64,000 nt of DNA from a virus (lineage: Duplodnaviria > Caudoviricetes). Numbering within the stretch: the first letter of the stretch is position 1; each line of letters begins with the position of its first letter. Positions 45,773 to 55,655 of the stretch are shown here, piece after piece. The stretch lies in IMG/VR virus record IMGVR_UViG_3300021387_000796, positions 128,001 to 192,000 of that record; one strand, given 5' to 3'. The notes under the pieces are model-generated. The model was given only the letters and a program-made list of their open reading frames with translations. It ran no database searches and had not been told where the DNA came from. Position numbers and translations under genes: made by a program.

Positions 45773-47392
45773 TTAGTTTACGCCATTAACTTTATTTTCG
45801 TCTTCATTTACAGTAGTAATGACAACATTTGTATTAAGATACAGTCCAATAAACGATGATGCGTTTTTCAATGCAGATGTTTCGACAAGTGTAGGGTCTA
45901 CAACTTTATCAAAGAGATTTTCATCCCATTCCATTGTTGCAAAATTATAACCACTCTTCTCACCGTCAGACTGCGTAAGTGTCTTTTCAACAATTACATC
46001 ATCGGAAACACCGCTATTCTTTGCTAACTGACGAATAGGTGCTTCGAGAGCGTCTTTTACAATGTTGAATCCGCAAATCTGTGAATCAGTGAGTTCCTTT
46101 GGAGGTTCAAGTTCTGATGATACTTTGAGTAGAGTTACACCACCACCGAGAACAATACCCTCTTTAACAGAAGCCTTTACCGAACAGATTGTATCTTCAA
46201 TGCGGTCTTTAAGTTCCTTCATTTCAACATCATTATCGGCATAAACACGAAGTACACAAATTCCACCACTCAAAGATGCGATTCGTTTTTTCATGTTTTC
46301 CTTTTTCTTCTCTACGGTTTCAACTGACATTTCTGATTTGATGTGTTCGATTCTTTCATCAAGTGAAGATTTTTCACATTTTCCACCGACAATAAGAGTA
46401 TTGTCTTTCGATACTACTACCTTTTCGGCACTACCCAAATCTGACATTTCCATTTTAGAAAATGATTTACCAAGTGATTCCGAGATGAATGAACCGCCTG
46501 TAAGAACGGCGATATCAGTGAGAATTTCCTTTCTCATTTCACCGAACTCTGGACCTTTCACCGCACATACTTGAAGTGTTTTATTTACTGCATTAAACAC
46601 AAGAGCAGGCATTGTCTGTCCACCATAACCGTTTGCGATAATAAGAAGTGAACGACCTTCGTTGGCAATCTGATTTAGAATTTTTCCAAGAATATTGAGA
46701 TTGTTGATTTCTTCATCAGTTATGAGGATGTAAGGATTCTTAAATTCACAAGTCATTCTATCAGTATTATTTACAAAATACTGACTTTCATAACCATTGT
46801 TGAACTGCATTCCTTCTACAAACTCAAGATAAGTTTCTGTTTTTGGAGAATCTTCTACTGTAAGAATTCCATCTTCACCAATCTGAGAATATGCTTCTGA
46901 AACAAGTTTACCAATTTTTTCATCGTTGTTTGAAGCGATTGTAGCAATATTCAAAATATCTGTTGTGTTACGAATTTCTTTTGATTTTGATTTAATTTTT
47001 TCAATTGCAAGTTTTGTAGCACAATCAATTCCTTTTTTCAAATCGGATACTTTCACGCCACTAGCAATATATTTTCGACCATTTTCAAGCATGGAACGAC
47101 CAAGAACAGAAGCCGTAGTTGTACCATCCCCTACTTTAGCACTTTCACTTGCAATATTTTTTACAAGATTTCCACCAATATTTTGATACTGATTTTTAAG
47201 TTTTCCAACCGCTTTTCCGATAGAAACTCCGTCTTTAGTTACAGTATAAGAATTTCCACTAAATCCCTCGATTAATGCAGTTTTTCCGTTAGGACCTAAC
47301 GAACTAGCAATGGCATCTGCTACAATTTTAGCACCTTTATAAATTTCATCTTGTGCTTCTTTACCGAATTTTACTTCGTTATAAATTGACAT
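45773..47392 (-). CDS. groEL: chaperonin GroEL
   Basis: SLGPNG, TKDGVS, GDGTTT, EGMQF, K.PEFG, GGG; no GGM tail. Confidence 0.97.
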   Translation of the reverse strand: MSIYNEVKFGKEAQDEIYKGAKIVADAIASSLGPNGKTALIEGFSGNSYTVTKDGVSIGKAVGKLKNQYQNIGGNLVKNIASESAKVGDGTTTASVLGRSMLENGRKYIASGVKVSDLKKGIDCATKLAIEKIKSKSKEIRNTTDILNIATIASNNDEKIGKLVSEAYSQIGEDGILTVEDSPKTETYLEFVEGMQFNNGYESQYFVNNTDRMTCEFKNPYILITDEEINNLNILGKILNQIANEGRSLLIIANGYGGQTMPALVFNAVNKTLQVCAVKGPEFGEMRKEILTDIAVLTGGSFISESLGKSFSKMEMSDLGSAEKVVVSKDNTLIVGGKCEKSSLDERIEHIKSEMSVETVEKKKENMKKRIASLSGGICVLRVYADNDVEMKELKDRIEDTICSVKASVKEGIVLGGGVTLLKVSSELEPPKELTDSQICGFNIVKDALEAPIRQLAKNSGVSDDVIVEKTLTQSDGEKSGYNFATMEWDENLFDKVVDPTLVETSALKNASSFIGLYLNTNVVITTVNEDENKVNGVN

Positions 47393-47534
47393 ATATTTCC
47401 TCCATTTATATTTGATACATATAATTTAATTGATATTTGACAATAATTCAATGCTATCATGTCACAAAAAATATACACTTTTTGTGACATGAATTTGTAA
47501 CTAAAATTATATATTTTTAGTTACAAGTGTTGAA

Positions 47535-47993
47535 TCATTTAATTGAAAGTTTCTTTGGTTTTTCTTCAGGTTTGATTGTAAACTTTAACTTCAAAAGACC
47601 ATTTTCGAATGACACTGTAGGTTCAGCATCATATTTGTCTGTAACATCGATTGTTGCTATTGAAACGTCTTTGTCTTTAGGGAATTTGATTCCTTTGTGT
47701 GTATAAGCGAATTTATCTTTTTCTTCTGAAGCCTTTACTGTAATTTCAATCTGCTTTCCTGTCTTGGTCAATTCAATTGAATCTTTTGAAACACCAGCCA
47801 AAGCAAAATCAAAATACAGATTCTTATCTTCATCGACATACTGACTATAAGGAACATCTGCTTTACTAAAAGAATTAATTTCCTTTACGCCATTCACATC
47901 AGATGAAACGACATAAGAAAAATCCGAATCCTTGAGAGTATTAACGATTTCGTCAAATACTCCGTCCAAATCAAAAATAGAAGTGTACATCAT
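47535..47993 (-). CDS. small heat-shock protein (Hsp20/alpha-crystallin)
   Basis: FALAGVSKDSI, HKGI, FENGLL. Confidence 0.9.
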   Translation of the reverse strand: MMYTSIFDLDGVFDEIVNTLKDSDFSYVVSSDVNGVKEINSFSKADVPYSQYVDEDKNLYFDFALAGVSKDSIELTKTGKQIEITVKASEEKDKFAYTHKGIKFPKDKDVSIATIDVTDKYDAEPTVSFENGLLKLKFTIKPEEKPKKLSIK

Positions 47994-48095
47994 TACAACT
48001 TCCTCCATATAATATTTTTAAGGCACTCATACGAGCAACCTTTAAATTTCTCATATATTCAATATAAATAGTTATTTTTTAATTTTCAATACTCA

Positions 48096-48104
48096 TAACT
48101 ATTT
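48096..48104 (+). promoter_or_regulatory. phage late-promoter motif TAACTATTT (representative of about 17 copies)
   Basis: same motif oriented toward virion genes at 27011, 30079, 31720, 38352, 41089 (+) and 24154, 35004, 38335, 40675, 44663, 48066, 57949, 60533, 62968 (-). Confidence 0.75.
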
Positions 48105-48138
48105 AATTTGAAAGTTTTAATTTTTGAGGAATTCATAT

Positions 48139-49899
48139 ATGGCAAAGAAAATAGAATTTGATTTTGAAGCGATAAAAGTTAGAATCTTAGAGTATTTATC
48201 ATCTCAATCTGAATGGGCGTCTTTTTTGAATTATGGTGTCATAGATAATCTTATTTCAGCCATTGCTAACGAAATGGCATACCAAATTCAATACTCAGAG
48301 TACAACAGTATGGAAAATTTTTGGAATATGGCAAGAAATCGTTCATCCCTTCTTCAAATGTCACCAATGCACGGTTATATAATACCTAGAAAACAAGCAT
48401 CTGAAGGTGTTGTAAGAATATCTACATCTGAAACTTTTGACTCAAGTTATTCGACAAATATACCAATTCCCCAATTTTTTCAATTTTCTGGTTCAGACAT
48501 ATATGTATGTGCAAAACAAAATGTTATTTTAAATGCCAATGAAAACTACTTGGATGTTAATTGTGTACAAGGTGAGGCAAAAGAATTATCATTTTTGGCG
48601 GAAGGAATTAAATTCGAAGAAAAAACAATCTACGATGACTCTATAGATAATTCATTTTTCGTTCTTACTGTAAATGATGAACCTTGGAAAAATGTAAGCA
48701 GTTTGTTTTTGTATAATTCTGAAGATTCCGTATTTCAAATAAGAACTCTTCCTAATATGACAGGCATAACTTTAAGATTTGGAAACGGTATTTTTGGAAA
48801 AAAATTAAATAAAAACGATGTTGTTAAATTTAAATATATTTCAACAAAAGGTTCTCAAGGAAATATATTTTCTTCCAACATAATCGATACTGTTGAAAAT
48901 CAAGCGTTCGACTCTAACGGAAATGAAGTAAAATTGTATTGTTCAAATATATCTACATTTATCGGAGGAAAAGATTATCCTTCTTTGGAAGAAATTCGAG
49001 AATTATCTCCTAAAGTTTATCAAACCGGCGACCGTGCTTCATCTAAACAAGACTACATTAGTATTTTAAAACAAAACAACAAATTGAGTAAAATATCAGT
49101 TTGGGGTGCTTACGAAACATTAAAAGATAGAAACGAAGACCCTTGGGGTTTTATAGAAACTGAGGAAAATGTTGTACATTTAGCATTATTAATTGGTTCA
49201 GAATACGAATCGTTTGATGATTTACCTGAAGAAGAAGCGTATATTTTGAAAAATGAAATTGTTACAAAATTATATGAATTATGCGACCCTACCGATTTAA
49301 TAAATTTCGAAAGTACATATAAAATCCCAATGATTTTTCATGTTAAAGGAACGATGACATCTTCTGCATACACAACCGCTGAAGTAGAAAATAACATCAA
49401 ATCTAATTTGTCATCAGAATATGGAATTGAAAATATGGATTTTGGCGAAAGCGTTTATGAATCTGATTACGTTAGATTGATTGACGAAACAGATGGCATT
49501 AAAAATCACATATCTTACATTGAATTATATAAAGATAATATAACATTTACTTCTGGATATTATTGTGATTTTGAACTTCCGATTTTTCCAATTAATTATG
49601 AAAAAGTATCGGTTTATATAAAAGATAAAACTATAGAAAATTCTGATTATAGTTTAATGGCGACTTGCGATGCCAATGGAAATTTGATTGGTGCTGATGA
49701 TACCTCATATATAATGACAAACTCAACTTTGGATTTAAATAATGGAAAAGGTAAAATCTATGTTACTAATGGTTTGGATTTACCTTATGATAACTATTTA
49801 ATTAAAATTAGTTATCAATATGACGGACAAAACATTTATAATAATAGTAGAAAAAATATTCTTTATTACGAAAACACTGTCGTTGAGTTGACATATTAA
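48139..49899 (+). CDS. baseplate wedge subunit (T4 gp6/baseplate J-like)
   Basis: FDFEAIK, A.NRSS, FGNGIFG, GGKD.PS.EEIR..SP, RA....DY. Confidence 0.9.
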   Translation: MAKKIEFDFEAIKVRILEYLSSQSEWASFLNYGVIDNLISAIANEMAYQIQYSEYNSMENFWNMARNRSSLLQMSPMHGYIIPRKQASEGVVRISTSETFDSSYSTNIPIPQFFQFSGSDIYVCAKQNVILNANENYLDVNCVQGEAKELSFLAEGIKFEEKTIYDDSIDNSFFVLTVNDEPWKNVSSLFLYNSEDSVFQIRTLPNMTGITLRFGNGIFGKKLNKNDVVKFKYISTKGSQGNIFSSNIIDTVENQAFDSNGNEVKLYCSNISTFIGGKDYPSLEEIRELSPKVYQTGDRASSKQDYISILKQNNKLSKISVWGAYETLKDRNEDPWGFIETEENVVHLALLIGSEYESFDDLPEEEAYILKNEIVTKLYELCDPTDLINFESTYKIPMIFHVKGTMTSSAYTTAEVENNIKSNLSSEYGIENMDFGESVYESDYVRLIDETDGIKNHISYIELYKDNITFTSGYYCDFELPIFPINYEKVSVYIKDKTIENSDYSLMATCDANGNLIGADDTSYIMTNSTLDLNNGKGKIYVTNGLDLPYDNYLIKISYQYDGQNIYNNSRKNILYYENTVVELTY

Positions 49900-49912
49900 A
49901 AGAGGATGAACT

Positions 49913-52900
49913 ATGTCGCAAGAATCCATAAACAAATCATTACAAAACACACTACTATCACCATTAACGCATGATTCGTTTTGGTCTCAATTTTTAAATT
50001 CAATCTCATACGAAATGAAGAACATGAATGATTCATATTCTTCAATTAAAAACAATTGGGACATCTACGACAACGATAAAAATAATCTTATAAGAATTTC
50101 TGAATCTTTCGGATATACACCAAATTTAACAATTAACAATACTGTTAATATGGCAAAAAGAGAAATTGAATCTATTCCTTACAGAATTAGAGAAAAAACA
50201 ACATATAATGGGTATTCTTTAATTTTTCAACAAAACGATTCTCTTGGCGAAACATTCAATTATTATTGGAATGGAGAAAAATTAGTCAAAGCCATTGATT
50301 ATGAATCAACATCCGCTTTTTTGTTTAATTCCAATCATTATTCTCCTTTTTTTAAAATAATACCAAATAAAAATTATTCGGCTAGTATTAATTCCGACAC
50401 GATGGTTTTGGATTATTTAGAGAATGGTGAGAAAAAAATAGACGAAGCCACAGGATTAAGAATCTTTTCTTTAGATTTAGTTATCGGTTCATCTGTTTGG
50501 AAATTGGACACACCTTATGTACAAATTCCGACAAAACATTTAGGCATTGAATATTTTCCACAACACTATTATTGTACTTATTTTACAAGTTTGGGTATAA
50601 CAGACGAATCTGTTTTAACATATGAATGTCAAATTCAATTTTTAGAAAATTACATTCCAAATTCGATGAAAATTAACATTAATGGCATTACTCTCGATAC
50701 AACTACAGAAACAATTGATAATAAAGAATATTTTATAAACGAAGATGGTGTTTTGGAATCTAATTCCTATTTTGACATAACAAATAATTTGGTTCATCTT
50801 GAATTTACAGATATTCCTTCGAATTATGAAATATCGGTGTCATATAATATAAACTTGTTAATAAATTCTGATTATTTCTATTATCTTGAACAAGGTATGG
50901 AATACAACAGAAGATGTCCTATAATACCTCACACAGGTGTCTTTTTATCTGCCGATATTGCTCCATCAAGAGGTTCTGATTTTTATTATCCTAATGAAGG
51001 AAATTATACAATACCTGACTTAAAACTTAAAGCAATTACTTCATCTTCGTATAATAGAAAAATAATATTAACAACTCTTTCTAAATTAGATAACGCATTT
51101 GACTCAGAAGGAAGTCCTAGTGGTGAAGAAAATTACAAATTAGATTCTACAATTAAATGGTTTTTAGATTCTGATTCATCACAGACAACTTCTTTAATTA
51201 ACGATATCAAATATATCGCTTGTGGCAACAAAGCATTAAACATAATAAACGAAGCATACAATCAAATATTCAATCAAGGATATATCTTGTTTTATTATAA
51301 TTTGAATTCTGATGATTACAGTCATGAAATCACAGACTTATCTTCAAACAATATTGATTGTGATGTAGTTGGAAGTGATATAAAAATTGATAGTATAATA
51401 AGTAAATCTTTAAATTTTAATGGGGAAACTTATGCTTATTCTCAATCCTCATTAAACATCGATACTTCGTTAAAATACACTATGGGTTTTTGGTTCAAAG
51501 CAAATAACGAAGGACAAAATATAGGTACAATTTTTGATTCGTTCGTCAACATATCATATGATTATGAAAATAAAAAAATTAGCATAGGTTCTTGGCTTTT
51601 CGATTGCTCCGAAAACGATTATCATTTTGTATGTTTGTTATTTAAACAAGACAAAATTTTAATTTATTTGGACAATCAATTTTTAGGTGAATTTGAATTT
51701 ATAATAAATGTTACTTCTAGTAAAATTTATTTGGGTGTAGATTCGTCAATAGGTAATTATTTTTATGGTGAATTAGATAACATTTGGTTAATGAACAAAG
51801 AACTAACTACTGATGAAATTTCATACATATACGAAAATAAAATTTCACTAATATCTCATATGGGAAACAGATTGTCATATTATGAATTATATGACGATGA
51901 AAAATACGAAGATGATAATTATAACATTATTCAATCTTACATAAAATCTATGGATATTTCAAATGAAATAACTATGCTTGATAACACATCTGAGAGCATT
52001 CATACATACTCGTATAAAACAAGATTTTATCCAATATCTCCTTCATATTTCAGTATGAGTTATACTGATTCTTTAGCAAATACAGTCACAATACAATCAA
52101 ATAAAAATGGTGATTTTTACAACAAAGATACTGGTAAAATTATAACAGGTAACATAGATTTTGAAAATGGAGTTTGGAACTTAGCAAAAAATACAATAAA
52201 ATCAGTATCTCAAAAACCTATCGTTGTAATATCAGAATCACCATATACAGAACTTCACGAAACTTTATATAAAGTGGATGACCATATCAATAAGGTTTCC
52301 AATTATTATGAAACCTATAATATTGAAACTGAAGAACACAGTGCTGAAATTATTGCTGATGATTATAATCTGCTAAATTTAGAATCAAAAACATTAATCG
52401 ATACTGCTGACGATGATACATCAAAAATAAAATTATATTCGTCAAACGAGGGTGAAAGTTTTTCAATATATCTATCAAGTGGTAAGTTATCAGACCCAAT
52501 CAAAGTATTTAATGTTGTTTCCGATGAAACCGAAACACCACTGTTTACAAAAGACAACGGTTCATCATTATATTCTAATCTTAAAGATTTGCAAGATGGT
52601 CATAATCAATTAAAATCGTACGTTGATTTAGGTGAAGCGAGTTCAACACCATTGTTTTCTAAAGATGAAATTAATGACGAAGAGATAACTTTATATCTCG
52701 ATGTTCAATGTTCGGAAAACAAACAAGTTAGAAAATATGAAGTCATAACAAACGACTCTAAAGTTATCGGATACACATTAGGAAATGATACTTCAATAGT
52801 TTACACCGACTTAAAATTCACATCTATTATTCCTAATGTCTCAGGTAAAAAAGATGCAAGTTTTAATCTCATGCAGTTATACATCAAATCAATTCAAAAC

Positions 52901-53392
52901 GAATTAAAGGTATCACCAAATAAAACTGTATATGAATACAAAAATTCATATTCTATAAACTATATTAACTCATTTGAAGAACACATCGCTGATGAATCTA
53001 TTTCTATAGTAAAAAATTCAATTAATTTTACTTATTGGGTTGGTGATACTTTAGAAAAAACAATTGCCAAAGTCAACGAAGATGGTGTAGTAACTGGAAT
53101 AAACATCCTCAGCGGTAATTTTGATTACACCACAAACATATTAACTGTTCATTTTATCAATGAAATAAAGAGTGATGTTGTTGCTTCATATGAATATTAT
53201 GATTCATTGGATATTGATTACACAAAACCAATTATCATGAATTATAAAACAAAAAATTCAATCAAAATTAATGAGATTGGATTGGAAGATGAAAATCACG
53301 AACTTATGGCTTATATGACTTTTCCTGATGTGGAATTCAATACAATATATGACAACTTGTCTGCGTTATTTGCTATTTCAAAATCATCTTAG
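49913..53392 (+). CDS. large baseplate/tail protein with LamG-like domain
   Basis: gpI-like N-terminus (FGY..R.KTT.GY); SLNFNG..FWFK..F.GELDNI; C-terminal INEIGL.D..LMAY.TFP. Confidence 0.8.
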   Translation: MSQESINKSLQNTLLSPLTHDSFWSQFLNSISYEMKNMNDSYSSIKNNWDIYDNDKNNLIRISESFGYTPNLTINNTVNMAKREIESIPYRIREKTTYNGYSLIFQQNDSLGETFNYYWNGEKLVKAIDYESTSAFLFNSNHYSPFFKIIPNKNYSASINSDTMVLDYLENGEKKIDEATGLRIFSLDLVIGSSVWKLDTPYVQIPTKHLGIEYFPQHYYCTYFTSLGITDESVLTYECQIQFLENYIPNSMKININGITLDTTTETIDNKEYFINEDGVLESNSYFDITNNLVHLEFTDIPSNYEISVSYNINLLINSDYFYYLEQGMEYNRRCPIIPHTGVFLSADIAPSRGSDFYYPNEGNYTIPDLKLKAITSSSYNRKIILTTLSKLDNAFDSEGSPSGEENYKLDSTIKWFLDSDSSQTTSLINDIKYIACGNKALNIINEAYNQIFNQGYILFYYNLNSDDYSHEITDLSSNNIDCDVVGSDIKIDSIISKSLNFNGETYAYSQSSLNIDTSLKYTMGFWFKANNEGQNIGTIFDSFVNISYDYENKKISIGSWLFDCSENDYHFVCLLFKQDKILIYLDNQFLGEFEFIINVTSSKIYLGVDSSIGNYFYGELDNIWLMNKELTTDEISYIYENKISLISHMGNRLSYYELYDDEKYEDDNYNIIQSYIKSMDISNEITMLDNTSESIHTYSYKTRFYPISPSYFSMSYTDSLANTVTIQSNKNGDFYNKDTGKIITGNIDFENGVWNLAKNTIKSVSQKPIVVISESPYTELHETLYKVDDHINKVSNYYETYNIETEEHSAEIIADDYNLLNLESKTLIDTADDDTSKIKLYSSNEGESFSIYLSSGKLSDPIKVFNVVSDETETPLFTKDNGSSLYSNLKDLQDGHNQLKSYVDLGEASSTPLFSKDEINDEEITLYLDVQCSENKQVRKYEVITNDSKVIGYTLGNDTSIVYTDLKFTSIIPNVSGKKDASFNLMQLYIKSIQNELKVSPNKTVYEYKNSYSINYINSFEEHIADESISIVKNSINFTYWVGDTLEKTIAKVNEDGVVTGINILSGNFDYTTNILTVHFINEIKSDVVASYEYYDSLDIDYTKPIIMNYKTKNSIKINEIGLEDENHELMAYMTFPDVEFNTIYDNLSALFAISKSS

Positions 53393-54582
53393 GAAAAAAG
53401 TAAATGATTATTTCGATATTCCTCTGTAAGAACGACATTTTGTTTTGAACAAACTAGCATGGTTCTAGCATTTTTAGAATCCCATATGTGATAACTAGAT
53501 TCAATTAAATATTTTCCACTATTTCTCAAAGATTTGGAACTTGAAGAATTGGATTTCACGTTCGGCATATTTATCGTGATGGTTTTTCCACAAACTAAAT
53601 TTTTGTTCAAATGTGTATTTATTGTTATTTTATCAGGCAAAATAACATTTTTATGTAAATTTACAGTATAACCTTTATTATTATTTTTTGTATCATCATA
53701 TTTTACATCATCATCGTATAACCCTATTAATTCTGTCGTGTCGTTTGAACTTCCAATTATAGGATATTTTCCTTTAGAAAAGGTATATTTTAACAAATTG
53801 TCTTCTTTATTAACAATGTTTCCACTTTTATCATAATTATAATATTTACAATTAAAATAAGGTTTTATTTTACTTAATTCTAATTGAGAAAAATTAACTG
53901 AATAAAAAATATCATCGCCTGCTATAATTTCTATACCATCTGTACCATAACTCAGTTCTTTTATTGATGTAGAATTAAACATAGAATAAAAACTTTTAAA
54001 GTGAAATTCGTTATTAGAATCGATAAATGCAAAATACGGCGTATTTTGTGCCGAATTTGAAAAAGCAAACGGTAAAAGATAATCCACGATAAATTCAGAA
54101 TCATTAACAAACGGCTGATACCAAGTTCCACTATTCAGTGTATCTTCAATGTCGATTCTGTTGAATTGATATTGAGATACAATTTTTGACACAATATCTG
54201 ATATATTAGATTGATACGCTTTAGATTTTTTCGACTGTTTCATAAAATAATCATGAATTAATTCTATTTCAAAATCACCACCTATTCCATTGGATGATGT
54301 TTTTTGTTGTGGAACTGCGTCTTTAGCAACAACAAATTTACATTTTTTGACACTATCATCCGAAGCACCAAATGTTATCTCCAACTCAGTACCATCCACA
54401 AAAGCAAGATATTCGTTTGATATACCACTATAATCGGAAATTACCATTTTAACTTTTGGATAAAACTGATATATCGAATCAAATTCTATTACAGAAAAAG
54501 ACATTGGTGATAATTCACTTTCGTTTCCATTTATTTTAAGAGAAATCGTTGCTCTTTGAAATGCGGACATAGTTTCTGCCAT
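53389..54582 (-). CDS. baseplate hub (gp27/late control D-like)
   Basis: KSKAY..ISDIV, SGKYLI..SYH. Confidence 0.7.
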   Translation of the reverse strand: MAETMSAFQRATISLKINGNESELSPMSFSVIEFDSIYQFYPKVKMVISDYSGISNEYLAFVDGTELEITFGASDDSVKKCKFVVAKDAVPQQKTSSNGIGGDFEIELIHDYFMKQSKKSKAYQSNISDIVSKIVSQYQFNRIDIEDTLNSGTWYQPFVNDSEFIVDYLLPFAFSNSAQNTPYFAFIDSNNEFHFKSFYSMFNSTSIKELSYGTDGIEIIAGDDIFYSVNFSQLELSKIKPYFNCKYYNYDKSGNIVNKEDNLLKYTFSKGKYPIIGSSNDTTELIGLYDDDVKYDDTKNNNKGYTVNLHKNVILPDKITINTHLNKNLVCGKTITINMPNVKSNSSSSKSLRNSGKYLIESSYHIWDSKNARTMLVCSKQNVVLTEEYRNNHLLFS

Positions 54583-54593
54583 ATATATTCCCT

Positions 54594-54923
54594 CTAATCT
54601 GTTTTGATATTTTCAATATACCAATTATCGATATCGTTTTTTCCATAAAATTTTATAACTTTTCCAAAATTATCTTCATCGCTTATATCGGTGATATCAT
54701 TCAGCCACAAAGTCAAATAATCATAAAGGTCAAAACTCTCATAATAATCATAACACAAATCAAAAAATCGATACAAGTTGTTTTGTGTCAAAGTATAATC
54801 TGTTGGTCGTTCTTTTATACGAAGTTGATTCAATGGAAATGTTGCTAAATCAGGATAAAAATCTCCGTTTTTATCCGTCACAACAGATTTTTCCATTAAT
54901 TGATATTTATTTTTATGTGCCAT
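54594..54923 (-). CDS. baseplate wedge protein (gp53/LysM-like)
   Basis: RF..CYDYY...DLY.YL.WLN.I pattern; operon position. Confidence 0.6.
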   Translation of the reverse strand: MAHKNKYQLMEKSVVTDKNGDFYPDLATFPLNQLRIKERPTDYTLTQNNLYRFFDLCYDYYESFDLYDYLTLWLNDITDISDEDNFGKVIKFYGKNDIDNWYIENIKTD

Positions 54924-54926
54924 ATT

Positions 54927-55655
54927 TTAACCTCTATTTCTTTTAAAAATATTTTCTATCATATCGGTTGTGGCTATCTCCATAGTGCTTATTTCTAAAC
55001 CAACCGATGCCCTCACAGGATAATATCCCCCTTCTGTTTCAGAATATGACATTTCGGATGAAAAAGAAGGTTCTACATTTTTAATAATTACACCATTCAA
55101 ATTAACATACCCAATTTCCATGTTGTATACACCTTTGGACGCTTTATTAAAATGTGCCAACGCTTTACTAACAACGTCATTCGTTTGTCCGTTAGATACT
55201 GCATTCCAAATCGCTTGAATATTAGGTCCAGGTGGTATCAACGTTTTCAATTTCAAATTACTTAATGCAGTTTCTCCCATTTGAGATTCCGAGCCGTTTT
55301 TTCCTTTCGTAGGTAAACAAATACTCATTAAAGATATTATTGGGTCAATAACATCTTTATACGAATCAGTATCCATTTCGATACTAACTGAAATCGACAT
55401 ATCTATTGGGTCTGTACTTTGCCAAATCTGAACACCTTGCAACGCAAACTGACCACTAGGAAGACCAAAAGAACTAGATAACAAACTCATGAAATTATTA
55501 GGAGATGCCTCCCATAATTCGCCATATTTAGAACTTACTTTTATCGACAAATCATCTTCTAGAATAAAAGGCACTGAGTTTGTTATACTCTTACCACTTG
55601 CGTCTTTTATTTTTACAATTTTATAATAAGGAATTTCTCTTTCAAGATTAAACAT
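54927..55655 (-). CDS. tail tube initiator / baseplate-tube junction protein
   Basis: W.STDP, I.NVEP.FS..G.YP.RA.V.L pattern. Confidence 0.6.
   Translation of the reverse strand: MFNLEREIPYYKIVKIKDASGKSITNSVPFILEDDLSIKVSSKYGELWEASPNNFMSLLSSSFGLPSGQFALQGVQIWQSTDPIDMSISVSIEMDTDSYKDVIDPIISLMSICLPTKGKNGSESQMGETALSNLKLKTLIPPGPNIQAIWNAVSNGQTNDVVSKALAHFNKASKGVYNMEIGYVNLNGVIIKNVEPSFSSEMSYSETEGGYYPVRASVGLEISTMEIATTDMIENIFKRNRG

Noticed and set aside
45507-47392. Host chromosomal contamination (groEL, recA, tRNAs)
   Set aside because: These genes are divergent, interleaved with virion genes, and share the phage's SD, promoter and terminator style.
48020-48043. CIRCE/HrcA operator before the chaperone genes
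   Set aside because: GGCACTC is present but the TTAGCACTC-N9-GAGTGCTAA spacing and right arm are not.
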